DNA of 64,000 bases from Squalus acanthias (taxonomy: Eukaryota), in NCBI GenBank assembly GCA_030390025.1, contig CM059448.1, positions 14,880,001 to 14,944,000 of the forward strand. Direction: 5' to 3'. The notes under the pieces are model-generated. The model worked only from the letters and a program-made list of their open reading frames with translations. It did no database searches and was not told the DNA's origin. The position numbers and the translations under genes are program-made. Positions 1 through 10,925 of the stretch are shown here, piece after piece. How positions within the stretch are numbered: position 1 is the first letter of the stretch; every line of letters begins with the position of its first letter.

Positions 1-780
1 ATGAAATTATCCACTTTGATAGAAAAAATAGAAAAGCAGAGTATTTTTGAAATGGAGAGAGATTGGGAAATGTTGGGTGTTCAGAGGGACCTGGGTGTCC
101 TTGTACACGAATCACTGAAAGTTAACATGCAAGCACAGCAAGCAATTAGGAAAACAAGTGGCTTATTACAAGAGGCTTTGAGTATAAGAGTAAAGACATC
201 TTACTGCAATTACTTCGGGCCTTGGTGAGACCACACCTGGAGTATGGTGTACAGTTTGGGTGTCCTTACCCAAGGAAGAATATACTTGCCATAGAGGGAG
301 TGCAACAAAGGTTCACCAGACTGATTCCTGGGATGGGGGGATTGTACTATGAGAGATTGAGTACACTAGGCCTATATTCTCTAGAGTTTAGAAGAATGAG
401 AGGTGATCTCATTGAAACATACAAAATTCTTACAGGGCTCGACAGGGTAGATGCAGGGAGGATGTTTCCCCTGGCTGGGGAGTCTAGAACCAGGGGTCAC
501 AGTCTCAGAACAAGGGGTCGTCCATTTAGGACGGAGATGAGGAGAAATTTCTTCACTCAGAGGGTGGTGAATCTTTGGAATTCTCTACCTCAGAGGGCTG
601 TGGAGGCTCAGTGAGTATATTCAAGACAAAGATCGATAGATTTTTGGATATTAAGGGAATCAAAGGATATGGGGATAGTGCAGGAAAGTGGAGATGAGGT
701 AGAAGATCAGCCATGATCTTATTGAATGGCAGAGCAGGCTCGAGGGGCCGAACGGCCTACTCCTATTTCTTGTTATGTTC
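1..780 (+). mobile_element. CR1-type (HER1-like) LINE 3' end, degenerate
   Basis: RPHLEY..RMRGDLIETYKIL..RRNFFTQRVVNLWNSLP plus typical 3'UTR; frameshifted. Confidence 0.9.
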
Positions 781-784
781 ATCA

Positions 785-1380
785 TATTCTCAATGACCAC
801 CTAACTTTCAGCCATCATGAAGGTTCTTCCACAGATGTTGGAACACATGGTTTGGGGGGGGGGGGGGGGAGGAAAGAGAGGGGGAGACAGCAAGCAGTAG
901 ACCAGGCTATGAAAAGCAGAGTACACATTGGCCAGTTGCAAAAGGATAGGGAGAGTTGCAACCATGAAGCTAAGGATTTCCAAAGTCAATGTGTTGAGGT
1001 TGGCAGCAGGCAGAGGTTGGCAATGATGGGGTAGAACTTGCGAAATTACAGAATAGGATGCGGCAATGGAGTTTTGCTAGAGATGGAGTTTGCGTAGGGT
1101 GGAGCATAGGAGGACGGTGAGGAGTGTTGTAGAATTCCGGCTTGGAGGGGACAAAAATGTGGATGGTGTAGGTGGAGAACGGATCATCGCAGTAATATGG
1201 TGGAAATGGGTAGTTTTGGTGATGGATAGAATGTGGTATTTTGAAGCTTAATGCAAACAGGATGCAGAGATTGTGCAGCTTGAGTGAGCAGATGGGGGAG
1301 GTGAATCCAATCAGGGCTATGGTGCAGTACTTCTGGTGAGAGCCAAACAGGATGGCTTCAGTCTTGCCAATTAAATTTAA
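785..1380 (-). mobile_element. Decayed L2-like LINE fragment
   Basis: ORF 970-1395 contains LNLIGKTEAILFGS, resembling the L2 reverse transcriptase LNxxKTExLLxG motif. Confidence 0.5.
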
Positions 1381-1524
1381 GTAAGTTTTAAACATGATTA
1401 ATTCTTACCAAGAATCACACTCAGTGTTAATCATTCTATTTCAGATATTGATTGACCTGCTAAGCATTACCAGCATTTTTTCCCTTTTTAAATTTCATTA
1501 ACACTCCATATAACCAAAAATGAA

Positions 1525-4500
1525 ATTCATCCTCCAAAATAAAAATTTATTAATTTTGTAACAAGAACATTGTACTTCATACAACAGTGCATTACTTCAC
1601 ATTATGCAACTTAGCACACTTGCAATAAAAATCTATTGTACAGTGGAACATCCCATAATGAAAAATAGCATACAGTGACAATCTAACATGAAGAGTGGGT
1701 CCAGTGACAGAAACTGCAAATTGTCAAGTGGACTGATTTAAGCTTCATGTGAAAAGTCGTGAACTGGAAACTACAGGATGCACAACAGAGCCTGTGGAAC
1801 AAAATAAATTGTCAAATGTTTCTACCTGATCTCGTCTAAATGTTTTGTTGTTCAAATTTATTTGAAGGCACTTTCATTACTTGTGCCCAAAAAAATATTC
1901 GTTACTATGATAGACATGATAAGGTTTGTACTGTACTTTGAAAAGTGGTGCCGTAAGGCTTATGAAAATGTACCACTAGATTTTAAAAAGCTACGTTTTG
2001 TGGTACTCAAACTAATGTATTACAAAAACAAAGAATTAAAAGTGAAGTTTTATCCATACAGCACATGCAGTCAGTCACATAATTTACATTTTTGTTTAAA
2101 AAAAACGATGGTGTAAAAATCAGTTTCACAAGTGTGAAAACTGAATGCCAAGGCAATAGACGGCACACACACAGCATGAAGGGTACATCTATAATTTAAG
2201 AAAATGTACAGCTTAAATATTCACAATGTAAACAATATAATAACCACAGTTATAAAAGACCACATATAATTGCTTTATACAAAAATGCCCTTTAAAAGTT
2301 GTTTAACTGCAGTGGTTCAAAAACAAATTCCAACAGCAGGCTCCAGACTCATTTGACAACTGTATTTAAACTCTGAGCATCAACGTGTTGTCTGGTCCTC
2401 TAGCAGATAATTTCACATCATGTTCCAGGCAAAATACATTTGGTGATCAGTCTGATCTCTTCCCTTAATTTACAATGGAAGCCATAATTAGCCAATAACA
2501 GATATACAGCAGTACTCGAAGCTTGTAGAGATTGCAGTTTTTAAAAATTTCAATAAAAACACCCTGGTTACTTTGCTACACTTTGAAAGCTTGATTAATT
2601 GCATGAATTCAGGTTGGGACAGGCAGGAATTTTGATACCAAACAGAATCAACAACCCAGCAGTCCAAGCGATTGTGCAAATGTAACACAACGAGGTGTAT
2701 GTGCTACAGGTTGCTATGACTTCAGTTGCCTCAACTGGGGGGGGGGGGGGGGGGGGGGGGGGGAGAAGCTGGGTTCAGTACTCAGATGAGGCACTAGATG
2801 AAATGCGTCTGAGTTCGCAAGACAACAGAGTGACAAGAGAAGTGGCATAATCAAACCGCCCTGCTTGAATAGTCATCTGATCATTAAAAAAAAGTGTAAG
2901 TGATGGTGGCTGAAGGTAGCACAGCCTTCACCTACCCTCTCAACTGGGAGGAACTGGAAGCAGTGTTCCCAAGGAAAGATAACATGAACAGAGAAAACAC
3001 TTTCTTTTGCATATCTAAGAAAAGCACGAGATGTAGATTTCCTTAAACACAAATAGGGACTGAGAGCAAATAATGCTAGTTATAATTGGAACCCAAAATT
3101 CCATTTGATTGCTCTTTTATCACAATTTAAGTATAAATTTTTAATGAATGTTCCAAATCTCATGTATTTTAGACATTACAGCTTTTTCCACATTTATCTC
3201 TCAAAGTGATGATTGGCTGAATCTTTTATAATGACTTCTGCATAGTTTCTTGTGCCAGTTATGCAGCATTTTGATGAATTTATTAAAAAGATACTCATAT
3301 CCAGGATATCCCAGTTAAACCAGAGAACACATTTATAAAGGCTACTATAAATGTAACTAGTCGTTCTGCAGTAAGTTGTGTGATTGCTGTTTAAAATCAG
3401 ATATACATTTTAATATACAGAATATAAGCAGTGCTTACAGCTTTTATTACACCAAGTAAAATTGTGCAATCTCTAGGAGGTGGTACAGAACATCGACAAG
3501 TCTAGATGAGAATGCAGGAAAACAGTAGTATTTGCAAACTTTATGTACATGGGAGAAATAATCATTGTTACAAGAATACTACGGATATTCTCAACTTATT
3601 TTCCACCAGTTTCCAGTACAACTTCTAGCCTAGGTATCGCAGCACTCAGATGCAGCAATATTAAATTATTCCTAGTAGTATGAATGTCTATTGATCCAAG
3701 GAAGACTCTGATGTTCCTAGTGCTGTCACCAAATTGAAGTAAAAATAGATGGCAATTAAAATAGTTCCAGTTTAAAAGAAGAATTCTTGTCCTGATCAAA
3801 TGTACTCCCAGGCAGGGGGAAAAAAAAGTGTTGAATATTATACATGTAACAGGAACGAAGATAGTAAATTTAGATTCACCCCTTCAACAAAATACAAACA
3901 TCAGCGATTTATAAAACTAAAAAAAAGACAAGTTTTTTTTTCTTTAAAGGAGAAATCTCATTGAAAAGTGACTCCCCATTAAGGTTGGTTACACAGGATG
4001 AATTTAAGTCCTTCCAATGGGACCAACAGACGGCACTTCAGGGGCAGAATACACAAAATAGAAAGAAAAGGCAGAGATCAGTTACTACAAGGATTCCCCT
4101 TTAAGCTGATATGGAAGGTCTTATCAAAAGCCCACTGCAGTGTTCAAGTAATAATTCACATTAACCCTGAATGCAGACCACCTTAAAAGGAACACGCAAA
4201 CTAACACAAAAACAATGTGCAAACCCATTTCATAGTGATGGAAAATGAGAAAAGTTCAGTAGGTTGAAAATATTGCAGCTAACAGTCTCTGTATAGCCCT
4301 GCAGAGAGTTAATCTCAATTTTAATTTAAGCAAGCTTGTGGATGATTAGAGGATAGTGCACATCTAGGTTCTGCATGGCCTGCTGTACACCATGTTTCAC
4401 TATAATGCATGGGGGTATACTCCAAGGGCTCAACAGCCATTTTCACAAGACTACACAAGTGTTTTTTTCTGGGGGGGGGGGGTAAAAGAGGAATCCAGAA

Positions 4501-4967
4501 CTGTATCCGTAAAGGAGCTGGTACAATAAAAATCATAATGGTGGATATTTTCCTCTCAGCAGGAGGATCAGACTAAGTACATTATGTATGGTAGGAAATG
4601 CAATGGTACTTAAAAGCAAAAGTGACATTAAATTTGCACAAAAAGAAAAGTACAGAAGTTACCACAAAAAGCAGCTTTTCCCTGATTTCAATTTAGAGGT
4701 ATGTTAAACAACAGACTGGTTGACTTAACTGCAAGCTTGCTCTGTGTTAGCCGGTGTGCTCTTTTAAATGGGATCTTGTGGTTAAAGGGGTCGGTTTCAC
4801 ACAATTTTAAGTCAAAACCAACAAAAGAAAGAAAGCCCAAGGTCTACATGCATTCGTCAAGAAAATAAAACCCACATTTAACAAGATACAGAAAACAAAT
4901 TGTAAAGTGCATGTTCCTTAGAAAAACACCTGCCTCTCATACAGAAGCCAAGCTTTTGGGCTTAGGG
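1525..4967 (-). other. SSH2: Probable SSH2 3'UTR (~3.4 kb)
   Basis: No recognisable transposons; AT-rich; ends at a minus-strand AATAAA with U/GU-rich sequence beyond. The endpoint is inferred. Confidence 0.55.
1546..1551 (-). terminator. Candidate polyadenylation signal AATAAA
   Basis: Plus-strand tttatt, U/GU-rich downstream, at the boundary where repeats resume. Confidence 0.5.
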
Positions 4968-7094
4968 TCACATGGTATTATATAATGGATTGGTTGTCCG
5001 CTTTTTCTCATTAGTCATTTTTAATTGCTTTAACGGATGATTTCTATGATGGTGCCGTCGAGGTGCTATAGCTGTCAGTGGGGTGGGACAAGGTGCGTCT
5101 GTGTCAGAAGGGGAGGAAGGCTTTATCTGTGAAAGATTCTCTTCTGCACTCGCCAGTGGACTCTGTTGGGTTGACTCAACTGCTTTGGCATATTGTATTA
5201 AAGGCTTTTCCACAGGCTTGCTTTGTACAATACTTTCTGATGTTTTAAGTTGCTCTGCAAAACACATTGTGGGCTGAGGATCTTGCTGGAGAATAGAGAT
5301 GGAAACACATTTCTTTTTGCTGGGCTCATCTTCCACAGCACATTCAGCTCTAAACTCACTTGTATTTTGCAAAGTCCATGGTGTGCTCTGGACAGAGTCA
5401 GAAAATGCTTGGTAAGTCTCGGAACTATCCAAGCCCTTTTTAAATAAATCATCCCTCGAGAGCTCCAGGTAACCTAGCTTAGCAATAGATGCTGAACGTT
5501 TCATCTGTGATGGAGTTGTGAGGCCTGCCTGTCTTATCTTAGCTTCAATTTCCTTTGAGCGCTGATTACTAACCCCCAGGGTACCACTTGGATGATTTAT
5601 ACGGTCATTGCTGGAGCCATGGCTAAGATTATGATCAACATTTGAGAAATTTAACATCTCCTGCATTTCTCTGATACTTTCATCAAATCTGTTGAAACTC
5701 AACTCTAAATCCTCATGGCTCAGCAGAGTAATGCAGCCATCACCTGCTCTTTGCAAAGATGTCATTCTGGGGTCAGCTTCCTGAAGCCCCAGATAGATGG
5801 TTTCCTTATCTGGGATCTCTGCATCAGTATCTGTACTTGATTCTGTGACACCTTCCAGGTGCAGTACATGTGTTTGATACTCCAAGCCTTTTTTTGGCAA
5901 ATGTGTTGTGTCACTAATAAATAAAGCAATTTTGTAGTCTGACAAGATGTCATCTACCTCTTCTGAAGGACTAGCAAATTTGAAGGTCATTCCTTCAATT
6001 TCTTTCTTGTGGTTTTGGGCCAAACCTGCAGCATCTAATAATGGTAATAGAGGTGGCTGCCATGGAATATCAGTGGTGTGTACTTCTATCATTTCTGGAT
6101 CATCTGCAGACTGTATGATGGCTTCATTTTCCTTTCCTGGAGATTCATCTTCAATGGTAATCTTTTCTTCTCCCGTCAAGCTAAAGGTACCATTGTCTCC
6201 TTGAGAAGTTGGGGGTTTAAATACATGGGTGTACTCAATGATCTCAATTTTCTTTGGAAGCTGGTTATATGAATCCAGTTCCTCAGAGGTTTCAAAAGAG
6301 TGGACTATCCTATGTTCCACAGTGCTCAAAGATCCAGGTTCAGCTTGTACCAGTTCCAGTCTTGATTGTGTTGGATGCTCGATCACATCTGACTGCGAGT
6401 CTGAGGCTGGTTCTTGATTCTGAGGTACACTGAGCTCGACTAGGAAACGCTGGTCTTCAGCAATCCTTTCTTTTTCTTTATCCTCGAATAAAGATAATTC
6501 AGGAGAGACATCCTCACTTTTATTTGTCGCCACAAATTCACTAGCTGTAGTTCCGTCAATTCTGGAATTTTTACGAATTGGTAATGGTACCACAGGTGAT
6601 TGATGTTCTTGTTCTTGCTTTAATCGTTCTTCAAACTCCTTGGTCGCACGTTTTACTGAGCCAGGACACCATTTTGGCACCTGTTTGTGGCCTATGCTTC
6701 CATCCTGTGCAGATTCTTCAAAGTCTTTCTCCTGGTATTCCTCATAGCTCTTGCCTATTAAATGCTCCTGATGACAGTCATTGTCCTTAGCTTCATTCAA
6801 ATCACTGGCTTTTTTGCAATCATTTTCAGCAACTAAAGAGTCGTTTGCACAAAGTTTTTTTGCAGTGTTGCCATTTTCAGAAGGCCAATGGAAATCTGCT
6901 GGTAGTTCATGAACTGTATTCCTCTTTGGCGTTTGGATCTGGTTAGTGACAACACTTTCTGTCTTGCTTTGGCACAAGCCTGAACTCTGGCTGGACTCTA
7001 TTTCCGTCACTATTTCTTTTACAGAAATAACATTTAATGACTGAGACCTTGTTAAGGAAGACTTTTTGCTGGACGATTTTGATACCAGATTGCC
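4968..7094 (-). CDS. SSH2: SSH2 last coding exon (GNLVSK... KKRTTNPLYNTM*)
   Basis: ccacag acceptor, phase 0; motifs ISVKEIVTEIES, WCPGSVKRATKEFEERLKQEQE, PSQMKRSASIAKLGYL and an SSH2-type C-terminus. Confidence 0.95.
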   Translation of the reverse strand, partial: GNLVSKSSSKKSSLTRSQSLNVISVKEIVTEIESSQSSGLCQSKTESVVTNQIQTPKRNTVHELPADFHWPSENGNTAKKLCANDSLVAENDCKKASDLNEAKDNDCHQEHLIGKSYEEYQEKDFEESAQDGSIGHKQVPKWCPGSVKRATKEFEERLKQEQEHQSPVVPLPIRKNSRIDGTTASEFVATNKSEDVSPELSLFEDKEKERIAEDQRFLVELSVPQNQEPASDSQSDVIEHPTQSRLELVQAEPGSLSTVEHRIVHSFETSEELDSYNQLPKKIEIIEYTHVFKPPTSQGDNGTFSLTGEEKITIEDESPGKENEAIIQSADDPEMIEVHTTDIPWQPPLLPLLDAAGLAQNHKKEIEGMTFKFASPSEEVDDILSDYKIALFISDTTHLPKKGLEYQTHVLHLEGVTESSTDTDAEIPDKETIYLGLQEADPRMTSLQRAGDGCITLLSHEDLELSFNRFDESIREMQEMLNFSNVDHNLSHGSSNDRINHPSGTLGVSNQRSKEIEAKIRQAGLTTPSQMKRSASIAKLGYLELSRDDLFKKGLDSSETYQAFSDSVQSTPWTLQNTSEFRAECAVEDEPSKKKCVSISILQQDPQPTMCFAEQLKTSESIVQSKPVEKPLIQYAKAVESTQQSPLASAEENLSQIKPSSPSDTDAPCPTPLTAIAPRRHHHRNHPLKQLKMTNEKKRTTNPLYNTM

Positions 7095-7956
7095 CTGTGG
7101 AAGAGAAAACAAAATGAGCACAACCCATGTAACATTTATATGGTCTCCCCATAAAAGTGAGCAAATCCCCAGAAAAGCAAACACAATTCTGATTATAAAT
7201 GAAAAAGGATCAATTTTCAAAAACTTTACACTTTACTACAAAACATACATTAATAAATAAATTACATAAATACAGTTGAAATGTAAAATAATAATTAGTA
7301 TTTCACTCCCTTAAAATTTCAGTCTCTCTTTCGCACTTCACATTATAAACCTCATCTCAGGTGGAAGGAAAGCAGAACTCTTCTTTCCCAAGCACCCTTC
7401 AGAGTTGAATGCTAGGAAATTGGTCAATACAAAAGCACACAAGACTGAGTTGTCACTAATGGGAACTAGGACAGTACCACACATGAATATGCCTATTAAT
7501 TTATTTTTTAAAGGCCATATTTTTGTGCTCAAGGTAAGGTATGTCAGTGCTAGCGTCTGGAGCAGTTTCCACTGTTGCCATCCACTATCAGCATCAAGCA
7601 CTCCAAGGAGTACAGGTACAAGACAGCCTTTTGCAAAAGTGTTCATCGTCCACGGTCTCCAACATGCTACGACTCCAACCTGACAACGTTACTGCCAACT
7701 GCACCAATGTTGTATTTTTCCATGTTAGAGAATTTGTGCGAATCAGTGCTGAACGTGGGCAGTTTTATCCTCTGGACTTGCACCCAATAGAAACTGAATT
7801 AAGTGTGTTCCAAATTAATTTCATACACCTGGCAGAGAGACAGGGACTTGCAATTCATCAGTCTGGGATGGATTCAATCCCCATTTCCAGGAAATAGAAT
7901 GGCAGTGCTCCAGCCCAATGTGCCACTCAGTCTCCAACATACTTGGTAACTAACCA

Positions 7957-8094
7957 AAACAAAAGCAAAATACTGCGGATGCTGGAAATCTGAAATAAAA
8001 ACAGAAAATGCTGGAAATACTCAGCAGGTCAGGCAGCATCTGTAGAGAGAGAAACAGAGTTAACGTTTCAGGTCAATGACCTTTCGTCAGAACT
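7957..8094 (-). mobile_element. Short Penelope-like element end (family A) with minimal hammerhead
   Basis: Same sequence as the copies at 34.0, 55.7 and 57.4 kb; target-site duplication gtaactaacca (7946-7956 / 8112-8122). Confidence 0.75.
8058..8094 (-). ncRNA. Minimal type I hammerhead ribozyme motif
   Basis: agtt-CUGACGA-a-AGGUCA/UGACCU-GAAA-CGUU-aact: core, stem II, palindromic stem III and 4-bp stem I. Confidence 0.7.
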
Positions 8095-8375
8095 TAGCTG
8101 TACTGTTTCCAGTAACTAACCATACTGGAAACAGTACAGCTATGTCAGAACATAAAAAACATAATGCAAGAAAGAATTAATTGAACAAAAATGATAAATG
8201 TTCATGGACAAACTTGGCTCATAGAAATTAGATAAATATATATGCATGTTCTTGAAATAATTAACATCTCCAGCTGAAATTCAGAATTTGAGATGCATGG
8301 CGCATTATGCTCAGTTCATCTGCAGTTACTTTTATTAGTTTACAGTTACAAAAAAATTCAGTGTAGTATTTTTAC

Positions 8376-9242
8376 CTTATTAGATTTTGCATCATTATTA
8401 TCCATACATTTATCTCTTGCGTGGGCCAGGTTATCCACTGGAATCTGTCCCTGACCATCCTCAATCCGCTGCTCTTTTTCAAAAGTTTCCTGTGCAGCCA
8501 CTTTTGTAGCACTGTATTTCCCACCACCAAGCTCCTCGGTTTTTGAGTGTGATTGGACTCGAGCCCCATTCTCCTGTGAAAGCTCAATGAATTTTTCTCT
8601 GGCACTGAAGAAGTCAATTCGATCAGTACTTGAGCTGCAAATTCTAGCATCTGCATTAGATGAGACTGGGGAAGCTAATTCCGGTGAAGCTATATGATCT
8701 TCCAGCTGAGGTGCAATTTCAAGTAATGGTGCTGAAATGCCATTTGAGTTTAATCTAACATCTTTTTCCAATTCCTCTACTTCTAAATCAGTAAACACCA
8801 TGGGATGTTCAGGTGAAGAAGAAAGTTCATGTGACCAGGCTTCTGCTGGTTTGTCAGAGTGGCAATCTTGGAGAGAAAAAGCATCAGAGTTGCAACCTGC
8901 AAAACTCTTAGTGATAGTATTGGTGGTCACGGTTACTGGCATTGTTGTAGAAGAGTTCCGTTGTGCAAGTCATCGGGGTTACATTTTGAAGGTATTTCAT
9001 TTTCTGCATTGATCCCAGAATTTAATTCAATTTTTTCCTCATGGACTCCAGGTAAAATTGTGTCTAGGTCATCCAAGAATTGGGGATGATATAGATGTTC
9101 AGCAAGTGGATCAGTTGGCATTTCTGTAGTGGAAGTACTGTCCCTTCTGTTTAAGTCAACAGTAGATTTATTAATACGCTCACGGTGGTCAGAAAGGTCG
9201 CTATCAGAGTGCGATCGCCATAGCTTATTGTGCCTCTGTTTG
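8376..9242 (-). CDS. SSH2: SSH2 penultimate exon (KQRHNKLWRSHSDSDLSDH... / ...STDRIDFFSAREKFIELSQE...), with a frame break near 8933-8970
   Basis: gcag acceptor ending at 9243 and AAG/gtaaaa donor at 8375. Both halves resemble SSH2 but lie in different frames; 867 nt is one base short of phase consistency. Confidence 0.85.
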
Positions 9243-9439
9243 CTGCATTAAAAGAAAACAAACAAGAGGAATAGTTTAAATAAAAGTACTTCTACCACAA
9301 CTAAATATTCCAGGCAAGATACAACATGTGGTTATATAGGACTCAATCGCATTGAAACACCTCAAACATTTCATACAAATGACTGTTAAGTAGACAAAAG
9401 TACAGCAATTATTTCTTTCCCAGCAATATCCAACCAATG

Positions 9440-9832
9440 GCCTCTTGGAAATGTCTTAAAACATTTCACCTACAATAACTACTTTAAAGTACAGAGACTC
9501 TTGCTACTTATGCAAACATGGCATCCATTTTGCGCAGAAGCTCTCTCAAAGAGCAGCAAGATGATTGACCTATTAATCTATTTTTAGTGGTATTGGTTGA
9601 GGGAGGAATATGCGTCAGAACACCAGGTTCACTAACTATCTGAACTTACAGAAAGAGGGTCAGTTTAACTTTCATCATTTGGAGGATATCATCGCCAACA
9701 CTGCAGGACTCCTCTAGTACTACACTGGAGTGTCAGCCTAGATTATGCACTCAAGTCCTATTCAGGGGCTTGTACACTCAATCTTCTAATCCAAAGGTGG
9801 GCGAGAGTTCAGGCCACTGAGTCGAGTTGACA
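9440..9832 (-). mobile_element. Old tRNA-derived SINE (Deu/SacSINE-like), related to 38205-38642
   Basis: Shared blocks with the 38.2 kb copy (tactttaaagt.., agtactacactggagtgtcagc, ccactgag). Confidence 0.55.
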
Positions 9833-10489
9833 ATGGGGCGAGAGAAAAATATTTCCAAGTATCCAAAGTGTAACCATATCCCACCTACTTGAAACTATTT
9901 TTTGCGTGGATATAATGATCATATCATCCCTGGCAGCCAGACAGGCTGGCTTGATGCCAAATTTACAGAATCAATATAGATAATTTCCTCCTATTGTGCC
10001 CCATCATTCATTTTCTACATATAGGCAGTACTACACAGTGCAGACAAGACAGTAAATTCAACTTACTGCAAAGAGAAATAAAAAAGAAAAATTAGGACTC
10101 TCCAAATCCATTTTTGGAGGGGGAGGGGAAGCAACCTTTTGATCAGCCATAAATAATTATAGTATTTGCACAGGATTTTGCAGGATGGAAAAAGACTAAT
10201 TTATTATACAAGCCTCATTAGAAGGCTGAAATGATCCACCAAAGCATTTCTAATGCACTAAGCGTTGACTTCTTTACAGAATACCTGTTGATGAAAAGAA
10301 AATAAAGCAACCAGATCATCCATACAAGTCCCGCATCTGTAGATGGAAAGGTGTAGATAGATTATATTAGCCCAAAATGGATGTGTTTTTTGGGCACACT
10401 TTATTTTGATGTTTTTGTAAAGAATATTACACAATCGGTTACTGTAGTCATCCAAATGAGACTGCCTTCATGCATAAAGAGTCAGCCAA

Positions 10490-10925
10490 GTGTATTAACG
10501 TTAATGGGGGTGGGGGAGAAAAGAGAGAGGTCGCAATCCGGAGGGGGGGGGGGGGCGCTGTGGGAGGCCGAAGGTTTCCTCGAAGGGCAGGGGAGAACCC
10601 CTGCTACTCCTGGCCCACAAGGAGTGCTGAAAAAGGCAACTTAACTTGTGGAGCCGCCAGCTCCTGTCTCCCTTTCACTGCTGGGTTTCCCGATCCCTGG
10701 GAAAGCTGTGCAGCAAGTCGATTTTAAATCTGACTCCCAATCGTGAAAGCCAGATTTAAATATGTAATTAAGTGTCCCGCCTCTCCAAGCTGGGACACTG
10801 ATGCCCCAATATCCACTGCCCTAAAAAAGGCAGCAGGTGCATGTGTAGAGTATTGGGGACGCTTTTCCCGTATTTAACTCTTCAACTGCGCCCCCCTACT
10901 GTCGTGGGAGGATTAATATTGAGAC
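10490..10925. repeat. GC-rich decayed MITE-like repeat
   Basis: Abrupt GC/CpG-rich block similar in style to 37029-37708; ends unclear. Confidence 0.35.

Noticed and set aside
7095-7220. Hydrophobic N-terminus of the 750-aa ORF, resembling a signal or membrane segment
   Set aside because: It is translated intron (polypyrimidine tract) upstream of the acceptor at 7095
7596-7700. Possible extra terminal exon in the last intron (LAVTLSGWSRSMLETV...)
   Set aside because: Weak acceptor and no recognisable homology
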